From Rhodosorus marinus CCMP1338 (taxonomy: Eukaryota; Plantae; Rhodophyta), in assembly GCA_029953675.1 (NCBI GenBank), contig JAMWBK010000004.1, forward strand, positions 3,127,942-3,191,941: DNA of 64,000 nucleotides, read 5' to 3'. The first letter of the stretch is position 1; each line of letters opens with the position of its first letter. Made by a program: the position numbers and the translations under genes. Positions 14,252 to 26,213 of this stretch are shown here, piece by piece. The notes under the pieces were generated by a model. It worked only from the letters and a program-made list of their open reading frames with translations, had not been told where the DNA came from and made no database searches.

Positions 14252-14758
14252 TTACCAGACTTTGTTCTCCACAACAATCTCGACCAGCTCTTTTACGAGC
14301 TCCTGCGGAACTGAAGTCGCTTGCAGAGAAACACAAAGAATTATAGGTAAACTTGTTGTAGATGCCATAGCAACAGACTCGATGATTCTTCGAGCGCAAA
14401 GATCCAGTGAAAGATCATCACTCGGAGCGCCCAGGAGAGTCTGCACAGTAAACGAAGGGTTTCCTTCCATAGTGATTTCTCGCCCCGCTTGTATCTGTTT
14501 GAAGAAGAATACGAGCGGATCAGTCTCCGGCAAGAAAAAAGGCATCTTCAGTCTTGTCGGAATGCTGTTTGAGATGAAGATGTGCATCAGGCTCACGATT
14601 GTCCCGATCTTCCCAGTTTGAGTTATGAGAATGAGAATACGATCGGAAAACTTTTCGGCAAAGAATTTAGTTTTGACTCCAGCAACATCCGCCTCAAGCT
14701 GCTCTACAGAGTGCACCGGGTGACTCTCATCTGCCCCCGCAAACTTCATCGCTCGCAT
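14252..14758 (-). CDS. PSMG3: Proteasome assembly chaperone 3 (PAC3), one intron
   Basis: FSDRILILITQTGKIGTI, TVQTLLGA, CARRIIE, IILCVSL and C-terminal ENKVW. Confidence 0.8.
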   Translation of the reverse strand: MRAMKFAGADESHPVHSVEQLEADVAGVKTKFFAEKFSDRILILITQTGKIGTIVSLMHIFISNSIPTRLKMPFFLPETDPLVFFFKQIQAGREITMEGNPSFTVQTLLGAPSDDLSLDLCARRIIESVAMASTTSLPIILCVSLQATSVPQELVKELVEIVVENKVW

Positions 14759-15702
14759 TCCACTCGAGCCTATTCAGTTTAAATTGTGGACTGGAAATAC
14801 GTTTCTTAGGTGTTCCCGTAGACTCGCGCTCTACCTCCCGAGGCAAGCTTGCTCCAGCCACTGCAGCTCTTCCACTTTCCTTTTTCCTTGTACGAAATTC
14901 CGAATACATAAAGAAAGGCAATTGGCTTCCCACGTAGCTCGTGATTGACCTCAGTATTGCTGTTCTCAATTACTTGCCTTTGGCGTATACCCTTGGGAAA
15001 GAAATTATGGGACGGAAGACGATGAGAGCATTAGCTCAAGATTGAGACTTTGCTTGCTAATAGGTAAACCCCCAACTGAGAAATTCCCAAGCAGCCGAAG
15101 AAAATTGGTAGGAACGAAGGGTTCTTTTTAGTGAAGGCCGTCCTATCTACCAGCGTATGAAGCTTTCCAGTTTCGCACGGGACAGTAGTGAGGAGTGCAA
15201 CTCGTTGTATAGTACAATACTTCCAGTCATTTTTTATCCACACGCTATTACTTCTTTTTGAACCACTCGGCGAGCAGCAAATCAGAACAACGACAATCCT
15301 GAAAGAAGAGACTTCGCAGTCAAGCTCGACTGGTTGTCACTTTTGAGGATTGGGAGTACTTGCTGCTGATAGCCACAACGAAATGAGTCGTACAAGGGGG
15401 ACAGAAAGGCACGCCAAAAGCTGATATCCCGGACACAACCAAACCAACTTAGTAGGAGTGCAAAACTGCCAGATTCTCGCCCCTTATCTCAGATACAATC
15501 TCATCCGTTTCGTGCTGGTGGTCTTTGCTTACAATTTGTCGCAGCTAACTCGGTGAAGTGTCCAAACCTTGTTAGACCATCGTACATGCCGAGGTCTTGA
15601 AACCGAGATAAAATATATGTCCCTCGCTTAAATTGATCACGCAAGCGTTTCGCCGTGCTTCACTCGCCACAGCTGAACCTGCACACGTTGGCAATCAGCA
15701 GC

Positions 15703-16989
15703 TCATGATCCCCTCGCTAGGTGACCCTCCTCGTGCTTCTTTAAGTCCCATCTTTGGAAGAATCTGCGACCGCATTCAATACATTGATATTTCCTCTCAC
15801 CCCTATGTACGGACAGGATGTGCCTGTTAACCTTCGACTGATTCTTGAATCCCTTTCCGCATTCTGGACACTCGGCAAGAGCAATCTTGTAGTGCACGGA
15901 GTAAATATGGTCCCGAAGATGTGTGCGGTGAATGAAATGTCTATTGCACATTTCACACTCAAAATTTCTTTCTTGTAGGTGTACAGTTCTAACATGCCTT
16001 CTGGTGTCGTGTTTCCGCGTAAACTGTGCCCCGCAGATAGGACATGTTAGATCATCCTCCGCCGCATCTGCACCAGTTCTCTTGCTGATAATCCTATCCA
16101 CCGACCCATCGATCGACCCATCGGTCAGCAGCATCGGACTCCGCGGACCCGTCGCACACATCACTACAGACTGAGCATATTTGATACGCGCTGCCTCCGC
16201 AACGTACCCGTTTGGGGCATAATTATAAAATTTCGGAAAGGAGACGGCATGGTGCACCATTTCCATACTACCCTCGCCTTCTGGAGTGGACATCACGCCG
16301 GTCACCTGGAACTTTCCCTGGAACACTCTACTGAAAACCTCGCAAAGCGCTCCGTTAAGGAAATGTAGATCCTGACTGTTCGAGAAGGAGACTCCCTGTA
16401 TGATAGACTCACGGGTTATGTCGGTGAGGGATTTCGTCCTAATGTTATCCTCGCACTCGCATGTGAAGCCTTCCCTTGCACAATAGCTGCAGAGTTTTCG
16501 TTCTCTCGTTGTGAACCCAAAATAAACATTTGAGGGGTTGCTTTTCTCGTAAACATAGTTAGAACAGGTCATATCACCACTGGGTAGAAACTTGAACGTC
16601 ATTAGTTCGACAAGACCACTAGAAGAACGATGACAAACGTTAGCAGTTATCGTAGAACCCCGGCTGTCCACTATGTACCTGCTCGTTGTACTGTGTTCGA
16701 GAGGAAACATTGCGCTAAGAATACTCCGCCCACCGAACAGCGTCCCGTACACAGCCCCGTTTCTCGCTGCCTGAGGAACAAACATAGGAGCCCAAGCCGT
16801 AATTGGAACGAGTAAATCGTCACCAGTCAATTTCATGTGATTTATTTGCAGCAGAGCTCCGCCCTCGAAGTCGAAGTTGGGGTCCGGCGCATCCCCATAA
16901 AGCCACGCTGACATCCCGTCGACTTGGAGACTCATATCCGCAAGAAGGCCTTCCATAGTCAATGAATTTCCAATCTCATGTTCGTCCAT
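15703..16989 (-). CDS. C2H2 zinc-finger protein, paralog 1 (intronless; unknown N-terminal domain plus 4 fingers)
   Basis: Four C-x2-C-x12-H-x3/4-H fingers at the C-terminus; N-domain has a CxxC...CEC motif. Confidence 0.85.
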   Translation of the reverse strand: MDEHEIGNSLTMEGLLADMSLQVDGMSAWLYGDAPDPNFDFEGGALLQINHMKLTGDDLLVPITAWAPMFVPQAARNGAVYGTLFGGRSILSAMFPLEHSTTSRYIVDSRGSTITANVCHRSSSGLVELMTFKFLPSGDMTCSNYVYEKSNPSNVYFGFTTRERKLCSYCAREGFTCECEDNIRTKSLTDITRESIIQGVSFSNSQDLHFLNGALCEVFSRVFQGKFQVTGVMSTPEGEGSMEMVHHAVSFPKFYNYAPNGYVAEAARIKYAQSVVMCATGPRSPMLLTDGSIDGSVDRIISKRTGADAAEDDLTCPICGAQFTRKHDTRRHVRTVHLQERNFECEMCNRHFIHRTHLRDHIYSVHYKIALAECPECGKGFKNQSKVNRHILSVHRGERKYQCIECGRRFFQRWDLKKHEEGHLARGS

Positions 16990-17537
16990 ATTCTGAAGTG
17001 TTAGCCCGAAAACGTCCGAAAGCGTTCCAAGCAAAGCGTTTCCAGCCCATATTCAAACTAGCTTCCCTCCCTGCTATGGTTGTCTCACAGAGTCCAAATA
17101 CAAATGAGTCTACTGTCGCTCTACATGCCACACCCAAACTAGCCCTCGCAGGCGCCTGGGCTTCTCCCGACCCAACAATCCGGTTTCCTGCGGACTAGCC
17201 CGACCCCCACATATACCGCACCTCCATGAGTGAGGCATAGAGTGAGGCAAAGCGGAATTCTGCATTTTCTCCAGCCGGCATTCCGCTGATACCTCGGAAC
17301 ATTATAACATTAAAAAACACCAACACGTTTGGCCCCGAACTAACCTTGCTGAACAGGCTACGAATTCGTGGTGCTTCGTTGTTTGCTCCAACGAGCGACT
17401 CCGTTAAGAGGCAGGGGATGTGGACCGCGAGGGGCGTATGGGCCGCGTCAGACAATGAGGGCGGGGGTATTGTTCTGAAGCGGTTCGCATGATCCGATAG
17501 ACTTTTTTCAGCAGTGAAAGCCACGGGAATATAGTTA

Positions 17538-17875
17538 GGCCCGTGACCAACATGCCCGGAGCTTTTGAATGAATGCTCCTCGATTTCGAAATGAAATTAG
17601 GGCGCTGTGGAAGAGCGACTCACCACAAACCTCAAAGATAAATAAGGGATATCAGACGGTTCCTGCATGAGTTTACGGACGAGGGACTGGCCATGGAATA
17701 CTTCAGGCCCGTGACTACCATGGTGGAAGCTGTCAAATGAATGCTCCTCGATTTCGGAATGAATTTGCGACGCTGTCGAAGAGGCGACTCACCGCAAACC
17801 CCAAAGATGAGTAAGGGGTATGTTACGGTTCCTCCATGAGGTAGCGGACGAGGGACTGGCCATGGAATACTTCAG
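17538..17875. repeat. Diverged 168-bp tandem duplication
   Basis: Units start GGCCCGTGAC at 17538 and 17706 and both end GGCCATGGAATACTTCA. Confidence 0.85.
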
Positions 17876-18730
17876 GGTTTTTTTTTGTGTTTTGACCGTT
17901 GATATCGGAATAGCTATACACCAAGAGACTGAATCTTCAAACAATAGCCACATTTCAACCTCTAGGTACCAGTTTCCAGCAGATTCCGTAACAATCTTGG
18001 ACGAACTTCTACTCAGCGAATCGCATACGGTCAACCATACCAGATATTATCCAATTCAACAAACCTTTGCGCGCAGCCAAAGACCAGAAACCTCCATCAG
18101 GGGGCAGCTGACTCGAACTGGACTCATGAGCACCACTATCGGGCTGCTTCAGCCCCTCTTCACACTTGTCCTCGTCACTGAACACATCCACTATTGAGAA
18201 AAAAGCAAACCCAGCGCTATGAGGACATGTTCAATAGGAGGGTTCGAAGGCCCATGGATTATGCACCCCACTGCTGTCCCCGCCCAAGTTGGCTCTCACA
18301 TGGGTGTCGTTGTTGTCATCCTAATTCACACCCTAAAACGCTCTACTCTCTGGTTAATGCCTGCTCGAGCAACGCAAAATAAAAGGTTCTCCTTTGTTCG
18401 TTGCGCGATGGCACTGAACGCCTTCCACTGTGTGTTACTGAACAAGCAACTTCCCGAAGGTTCTGCCTAAGGGATGCTTCAGCGAACCCGGCGAAGCTGT
18501 AACAGTCGAATGATCCCAGTACAAGCGAGTCGCAGAAGATGATCTGCACCTGTGAGTTTTCAAAAGTCCGACCAGCTTCCTTGAGTCCAATATGCCGCGA
18601 CCTCGGAACAAGGACAGAGCTCCGATCATGTCAAGGCGTTTTCTCTCACGCAAAAGAAAACCTAAGTCTTTAAACCGATAACAGTACGTGAATTCCTCGA
18701 GCGTCGAAACATGACCGAAAATACATACAC

Positions 18731-18844
18731 CTAAGAGTCAAGCCTTTGTCTCTTGCGTCTATGCTGTCGCTTATCCTCATCGGATGAAGAACTCCATCCG
18801 TGCCTGCGAGCTCCTTCTTCTTCATGCTTCTGCCGTTCGCGCTC

Positions 18845-18875
<31 letters not shown>

Positions 18876-19294
18876 CTCTTCTTCTTTTCGGATTCCTTAT
18901 GCTTTCTCCTGCCTTGGTCCTCATCCGGTACCTCGTGTGCGTCATTCTCAGCACTTGCCTCAATATCGTTTCCTGCCAGCTCACTCCGCATCGCTTCCTT
19001 CACCGCGTCTGTTGCAGTGGCACCCGACAGAGCCCGATTCATCATATCCGCTTCCCTTTTTTTCACTGCCAGCAGCTCTTCTTTCCGCTTGAGCGCTATT
19101 TCCTCTTTGGAAGTGCCCTTGTTTTTCGCATACCATTGCAGGTCCTTTCCCTCTTGCCACCTGCCGACCGGAGCATTGAGCGAATGGCCAAGATAATTCT
19201 CCCTGTGCTTATCATTTTTCACTTCCTCCCAATCGAATTGGTCCCTCCCGCCCCTTGTTCCCCCTCTCCTACCAGCACTGCTCACTAAATCCAT
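18731..19294 (-). CDS. MMTAG2 / C1orf35-like protein
   Basis: RGGTRGGRDQFDWEEVKNDKHRENYLGHSLNAPVGRWQEGKDLQWYAK followed by a K/R/E-rich tail. Confidence 0.9.
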
Positions 19295-20175
19295 CGCAGC
19301 CTCAGGCCAGCAACTTCGATCACCTCTCCGTCAAGTCCTTCGGAGAATCACCAGACGAATCAGAAGGTCACCCACATTTACGCTTTGCTTGCCGAAGCGA
19401 ACGCGAACACCAATCTCCGCAAAAAAACCCACGAAATCTGTTCTCTTGCAACAAGCAGTATGCGTGTTGGTCGCTTCCTTCAACGTTGCCTAGGAGGCCT
19501 TTGTGCATAGACCTTCTAGCTAAAATCCACACACCCCTGCTGTCCGGACTAAAGGAAGCTGAACGAGTCACAAAAGGCTGAAGCGCAGCTGGCGGTGCTC
19601 ATTTACCAGAGAGAATGGGCGTGGGATGCGAATCTCGTGTAGAGGTGTTTCCACGAACAGAGTTTGGTGTTCGGGCGTTCGAGTTACGACCAGCCATCCG
19701 TCTGGCAACTGATGTCTCGGTTCGCACCACCCTCTGAAGTCTATCGACGTCTTTTCACATAGAAGGGGCAGTCTGCAAGTGGTGCTGAAAGCCGAAAGCT
19801 GACGAGTGCGCTAAACCGGGTCTTTGTCACTTTCGTTAGCAAGTGTACCTTCTGATTCTTGATTGTCCTCGCACGCACTCTGACATCAAGATGCGTATTC
19901 TCCTTCTCGCTCGGACTCACCATCTGGAGAGCGTTGCGCTCGCAGAGCTGTGAAGATGGTATTATCCGTGGGTGGCAACCTCGTCTGGGTGTAGAATCCG
20001 TTCATCAACGTTTGCTCATAGCATCTAATTTCCCTTCGCTGAAGAATTCGAAAGCTGCCAATAACCAAGAAAACTGGTTTTTACATATTACTTTTCATAA
20101 AAACCACCAAAGATAAATAAGCGCTACAGCAGCATAGGGAAAAATGTAAGCCTTGACATGCACAGGAGTAAATGA

Positions 20176-21438
20176 CTACCTCTGAGACTGATGCGTCTCA
20201 CAGTGTTTCTTCAGATCCCATTTCTGGAAAAAGCTTCGGCCGCAAACTTCACAAGAATGCCGTTTCTGCTTCCTATGCACAGCGAGGACGTGCCTGTTCA
20301 CTTTCGACCTGCTTACGAAACTTTTCCCGCACTCTGGACACAGCGCTTTGTTTAGCTTGTAGTGTACTGATGCAACGTGATCGCGCAAATGTGTCTTGTG
20401 CACAAATCGTCTTGAGCACAAGGAACACTCGTATTCCCGTTCCCCGACACGAAGCAACCTATAATGTATATCATCATCTTCTTTGCTCTGAAGCTTTGCC
20501 CCACACTCAGTGCGCGTAATGCTACCATCACCGTGGGCGAGGCGTGAATCGTTTGACTCCTTTCGTTTGGGGGAATCTGCATCCTCACTGCACCCGCTGC
20601 TGTCAGTCAAAAACAAAGCGGAATTGGGCGTGTGAGAAGAAATGTACATTTGGGCATGTCCTATTCTTGCGGTGTCCACGACTCTCCCAGAAGGCATAAA
20701 GCTATAGCTTTTCGGAAAATGACAGTGAGAGTGTATCAACTCGGTCGAGCCGAAATCCTTGCGCATAGCGAGGGTACCCCACAGTGAGTACTTCGTGCTG
20801 AAAAGTAAGGAGAATGCTTCAGCAATGCCTTCGCACATAGTAACATGATCGTTCGACTTCGAGAATGAGAGTCCTGTCCGCTGGTAACCGTGTTCCACGT
20901 CCGCAAGGGCTCGTATTCGCATCCCCTCGGAGCACTCGCACACAAAACCCCGCGAAGAGCAAAACGGACATAGTCTTTTTTCTCTCAATTGAAACTTGAA
21001 AAAGATTTCATCTGGATTGCTCTGCAGATAAACAGCATTTGAGCATTTTGTGTCGCCAATTCCATCCAGTTGGACGCGCAACAGTTCTATGGACCCCGCT
21101 TCAGATCTGTGGCAAAAGTAGAGCGTCATAAATTCACCGCGGCAGTCAATACAATATCGGCTCGAGTTGCCGACTTCCATAGGGAAGACAGCGCTGAGCA
21201 AACTGCGACCGCCGAATACCGTCCCGAAAAGTACCCCGTCCTGAGCGTACTGGGGCACAAACAACGGAGTCCAGACATTCGCTGGAAGCTCCAAGTCGTC
21301 TGACCTAAGCTTCATTCGATTTGATTGTAGCAGTGAACCCCGCTCAAACCTAAAGGGAAGGTCTGGCACGTCACAATATAGCCATTGCATCATCATTTCG
21401 TCGGGAATCCATTGGTCAGGCCTGGTTTCCGGTTCCAT
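20176..21438 (-). CDS. C2H2 zinc-finger protein, paralog 2 (first finger degenerate)
   Basis: Same N-domain as the paralogs. Three intact fingers; finger 1 reads TECGAKLQSKEDDDIHYRLLR. Confidence 0.85.
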   Translation of the reverse strand: MEPETRPDQWIPDEMMMQWLYCDVPDLPFRFERGSLLQSNRMKLRSDDLELPANVWTPLFVPQYAQDGVLFGTVFGGRSLLSAVFPMEVGNSSRYCIDCRGEFMTLYFCHRSEAGSIELLRVQLDGIGDTKCSNAVYLQSNPDEIFFKFQLREKRLCPFCSSRGFVCECSEGMRIRALADVEHGYQRTGLSFSKSNDHVTMCEGIAEAFSLLFSTKYSLWGTLAMRKDFGSTELIHSHCHFPKSYSFMPSGRVVDTARIGHAQMYISSHTPNSALFLTDSSGCSEDADSPKRKESNDSRLAHGDGSITRTECGAKLQSKEDDDIHYRLLRVGEREYECSLCSRRFVHKTHLRDHVASVHYKLNKALCPECGKSFVSRSKVNRHVLAVHRKQKRHSCEVCGRSFFQKWDLKKHCETHQSQR

Positions 21439-22736
21439 TTTTAGCTTTCTACACCAAAGCCACCAGCAAATTTCTGCGCATTCTAGGACACTTGCGCCGG
21501 AACCATATTTAAAGCCCCTCGTTAATACTCAAAGTTCCTGCTACAAATGGACCAAGTACAGACCCCACCCTTTTCATATCCACCTCAAAACGTCCGCTCG
21601 TAAAAGACCTCCCTCCTTAAGAAATTGCCTTTCGCTGACGGTTCGCTTTCCCTCGTGCTAAGCCAACTCAAAAAAATTTCACTCTACTCCGCTCCACTGT
21701 ACGCTACTAGCTTTTGCGGCTAGACGCAGGGTTTGCAACTGCTACCGACACGGTGCGTTTAGATACTTTGGCTCATAACTGAAGAAAACCAACTCCACAA
21801 CATTGTGAGACGGACAGACAAAAATAAATTTTCCAGAGAAATGGTTGGGTTTGCTTACGACAGCCCAAAACAAGGAGCATTCAATCCAGATTGTTCCGAA
21901 ATTGATTAGCTTAAGTTTCTCCAAAACCCTTTCCGACCTTTGGTCGCGAATCAATAAAAGCGAAGCCTGGGCGGAAACAATCCTATTTTCGCTCAAAGGG
22001 CTATAGACTATGTCCCCATTCGCCACCATCCAGCACCATTCTTGATCCAAACTCGATGAACTCAATCGCTGTACTGGAGGATGCTCAGAGCTTCGGCTTA
22101 TCCACACCTAACTATGATTTGTTTCTCAGCCCAGCTCCGGCAATAACTGAGCACGCACGAGGAGCCGGAGGAAAAAGCAAATGAGATTGTTGCAGAAGCG
22201 TAAGCTTGTAGGCTTTTCTGTTAACGGAAATTCTTTGTGCCCCGCAACCCTTTCATTGTAACGGATGGTAGTTGAGACTTCACCGCATTCTGAATTTGCT
22301 TCTCATCAGCAGTAGCTGCTGTGTTTACTTGGGCGTACGGGTCTGAAGCAACTACGCCATGATGCGATCAACACCTTTTTCCAAAACAAATTGACCATAA
22401 TAAGTCAATACGTGCTGCTTCCGCTTGTCAGAGCAAGGTTTTTTACAAAACGTGCGCTCGTTGCCGTGGGACAAGGACCTGGGAACCCAGGGTCGGGGAC
22501 GAGCAAAGAGGTCGAGTGCTCAGCGAGATATTCAAAATCTATGTGCTTGGGAAACTGCGGATGAACAGGTGATGATTTAGCAAAGCACCGATCTCCGAGA
22601 ATAGTATGGACCTCTGCGTAACCTTGGATTGCACTAGTACGGGTTTTGCGATTTACAGACGACCAGTCCCATGCACACCTATGAAAGGGCCATACAGACG
22701 TAGGCAATGAAAAAAATGTGCATCAAGGTGTCATGA

Positions 22737-23993
22737 TTAGATACAGTGCTTTTGAGCATGCTTCTTAAAGTCCCATCGCTGGGAGAAGGCCTTCCCACAC
22801 ACGCCGCAGGAGTACTGCTTCTGGTTCTTGTGCACTGAAAGAATATGCCTATTCACTTTCGACTTGCTGACAAAGCCTTTCCCACACTCAGGGCACGTCG
22901 CCGGGTTGAGCTTGTAATGAACCGAGGCGACGTGCTCCCGAAGATGAGTTCTGTGGACGAATCGTCGTGAGCACACTGAACATTGGAAGTTCCTCTCGCC
23001 GAGGTGAATAGAACGGTAGTGCCTCTCAGCATCGTGTTTCCGAGTAAACTGTGCTCCACACTCCGAGCACGAATTCATACCGTCAACGTCGATTAGCCTG
23101 GCAGAGTTGCTAGAGCTGTTTTGTCGGTCGGAAGCTCTGTCGCTAAGCGTGGCGCCGTCGGTCAAAAAAAGAGCAGAACTGGGAGTCTTCGAAGAAAAGT
23201 ACATTTGAGCATGTGCAGATCTCGCAGCTCGCACGACACTACCGTCGCGGATACAGCCGTATTTCTTCGGAAATTGGATATGTCTGTAGGTCAACTTGTT
23301 CACCTCGAAATCCTCTCGTACTGCGATTCTGCCCTCTAGAGTGTACTTTGCTCTCAAGAGCTGGCTAAACGTGGTGCTCAGCATTGCGCTCAACATGACT
23401 TGATCGCTGCAGTTTGAGTATGACAGACCGCTTCTTTTGTATGGATGCATTACGTCCGCGAGTGCACGTGTTCGCATACTCTCAGTGCACTCGCAAACAA
23501 AACCGCGGGACGCGCAAAACAGACACAATCTCTTCTCTCGCACATCAAACTTAAAAAAGACTTGTTCCGGATTGTTCTGGAGATAGACAGCATTTCTGCA
23601 TCTGGTATCTCCTATATGGTTGAAATGCACGCTCATCAGCTCAACCGACCCGGCTACAGACTTGTGGCAAACGTAAATTGTCATGAACTCCGCGCGGAAG
23701 TCAATGCAATATCTACTATATTTGCCAATCTGCAAGGGAAACACCGTGCTTAGCATCCCACGTCCTCCGAAAAGCGTTCCGAAGAGGACCCCCTTCTCAG
23801 CGTACTGCGGGACAAACAACGGTGTCCACTCGCTAGGAAGCTCCAATGCGTTCTCTTCCCCCCAGGGTTTTAGCCTACTGTTTTCCAACAAAGTGCCCCG
23901 TTCAAATTTAAACGGTAGATCTGGGATATCACCGTAAAGCCACTGCATCATCTTTTCGTCTGGAATCCATTGGTCAGGTCTCGAGTCTGACAT
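22737..23993 (-). CDS. C2H2 zinc-finger protein, paralog 3
   Basis: MSDSRPDQWIPDEKMMQWLY aligns with paralog 2; four C2H2 fingers. Confidence 0.85.
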   Translation of the reverse strand: MSDSRPDQWIPDEKMMQWLYGDIPDLPFKFERGTLLENSRLKPWGEENALELPSEWTPLFVPQYAEKGVLFGTLFGGRGMLSTVFPLQIGKYSRYCIDFRAEFMTIYVCHKSVAGSVELMSVHFNHIGDTRCRNAVYLQNNPEQVFFKFDVREKRLCLFCASRGFVCECTESMRTRALADVMHPYKRSGLSYSNCSDQVMLSAMLSTTFSQLLRAKYTLEGRIAVREDFEVNKLTYRHIQFPKKYGCIRDGSVVRAARSAHAQMYFSSKTPSSALFLTDGATLSDRASDRQNSSSNSARLIDVDGMNSCSECGAQFTRKHDAERHYRSIHLGERNFQCSVCSRRFVHRTHLREHVASVHYKLNPATCPECGKGFVSKSKVNRHILSVHKNQKQYSCGVCGKAFSQRWDFKKHAQKHCI

Positions 23994-25442
23994 ATCAACC
24001 ACATTACCAGAGGGACCCCAGCAGTTCAGAATCACACAACGAATAACAATGAATCCACTCAATCATACATCAAACCTATGCAAGAAGAATCGACACTGCT
24101 TACGATGTGGTCATCCCTTCCACCATGACCCCAAACTTCCGTAAGAAGAAACCTTGACGAAGATGTACTAGGAACCTACCAATAAAAGAGGACTCATCCA
24201 GATGATTTTGCCTATTCGCCCGGGTGCCGTTAGGTATCACCAGAACCCAGCATCATCCGAGTTTGTAACTCCTGGCCAAACTAGAGAGCGTTTATTTCTT
24301 GGCTTCGCGATTGGCGGCATGGCTATACAACTGCTGAAGCTAACTAGAGAGTTGTCGAACTCTTGCTTCTAAAAAAAACACACGGAGCAAGACCACAGGA
24401 GAAGTTGACGATTTACTGCACTTTCCTAGGGGGAAAATCTTGGGGTTCCGGGCCTGCTACCAGTGCCCTGACAGCCGCTTGTGCAGTGCGGGTACTAGTT
24501 TCCTGCAACCGAAAGGTATTCAGCGACCCCGCCGTTGCCTACGTTCTTCTCGCGATTGGACATTGTGTCATCGCAATCCGTGACTCGGCTAAGACAATTC
24601 GAGATTTGACGCGATCGTAGAAGGACCTGTCTGCATCCAAGAAACACCAAACTGCCGTGGTAGAATAGCTCGACATCCAAGGAGGTGCACATTGCATGCG
24701 TCCCCGACCTCGTGGTAGCCCCCAACAAAAAAAAAAAGTGTCTTCACGACACGTCCAAGGATTCCTAATTTTGGATTTATGGGCACAACTAGCGAGGCTC
24801 TCCAGCAAACGGCTCAGGTTACGTTGGCACCCTGTTCGAACACTGTTCTATACTGATCAAACGATCATCGTTCTATATTCCCTCACTTTGGGGGTCGCGG
24901 AAAGAGTTCTCACGAGTGCTTGCAACAATTCGGTTAATGCAATTGCGCTGCTAGTGCTACATGCTGATCATAAGACAGGGGTTGACGCGCTCTGAGGATG
25001 CCTAGTATCGGCGTTCATCTGAAGGCCGAAAGCGATCAAGTCCAGAAATGCTCGGCGTAATTCGAAGGTTCGTCCATTCAGCCTTGAGCGCAGCACCGAA
25101 GTCCCAGATTCATGACGGGAACTTGAAAAAAAAAATTTAATTCACTGAAACGCGCGCCGATTCGAATATCATCAGCCAGAGTGGATTACGTTCTCGGTTT
25201 TCTTCTCAAAACCAGCTCCTGGCTACTGCTTCTCCCCTCAGTTCCAATGTCCCGGGTCTCCTCGACTTCGGAACAATAAGCGCTGGCCAGGGTGAACAAG
25301 GCTTTTGTAGAAGTAAAGGACTGATCTTCCCAGGAGAGGGTCTTTGTTAGCTCAACCGCTGCATTAGTAGCACTTAACATCTGCAACGTTCGTCTCTGAA
25401 TTGACTACATAGCCTTGAAAGCAGATGACTACACAGAAAGTT

Positions 25443-26213
25443 TCAAATCAAGCGCCCGTGATATTCACAGAGTCGATACCTGTCGGAGAGAAGTGGCCAC
25501 TGCACTAAAAACCTGTCCGCGAAAGGGTAGACGACCTTACCGGATAAAGACAGAGACTGTTGGTTTTGTTCGCAGAGCTCAGGTCAGAAAAGAATCTGTC
25601 CCCACACCTGACGCCGGCGGGGGCATGATCTTACCTTCACTCTTGCCACGCTCTCAACAAAAATGATTCTGCATTTCGTAACCAGCATAACGTTGAACAA
25701 AAAGGCGGATATAGCAAGCGGTACACACGTGCCAGGGCCGTTGACCAGCAGTACCCCTGGACTTTCACGGGGTACAATTGACAAGGAGTACACAAGAGCA
25801 TATACTGTGGAGATCGCTGCGGTCCAGTAGCTCTGCCCTACCTCGCGCGCACGTGGAACAAAGTAAAACTTATGTGGAACATTCTGGAGCAACTCCTCAT
25901 GATTATTAGCTGCTTTTGAGGCTGAATGACTATCGGTCTTAGCAACCACGTACACCACGCGTTCCAAACGCACAGGTGATGCGGAGATGTGCTTCAGCAT
26001 TTCCAGGGCTTCAGCAGTGTGGCCTCCTGACCCGAGGACAACCAACAGAGACCCGGTGTAATTCCTTTGCAGACTAGCCTTCTCTCGGTTACGCCAAATT
26101 CTTCGCAGCAATAGCGCAAATCTGAGAAAAACCAACCCAATGCACAAAAAAGCCAAGATCGTTGTCCAAGGTGAGGATTGCTTAACCCCGGAATCACCAT
26201 GTGCTGCCCTCAT
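25443..26213 (-). CDS. ALG14: UDP-GlcNAc transferase subunit ALG14, two exons
   Basis: N-terminal TM helix, VLGSGGHTAE, VPRAREVGQS, LVNGPGTCVP, IFVESVARV; last exon DRFLVQWPLL...HGRLI*. Confidence 0.92.

Noticed and set aside
18753-19288. Plus-strand ORFs with poly-Phe/Ser/Leu
   Set aside because: Antisense shadows of the K/R/E-rich MMTAG2 tail.
24180-25386. Possible multi-exon minus-strand gene downstream of ALG14
   Set aside because: Some protein-like fragments, but no consistent exon chain or family could be supported.
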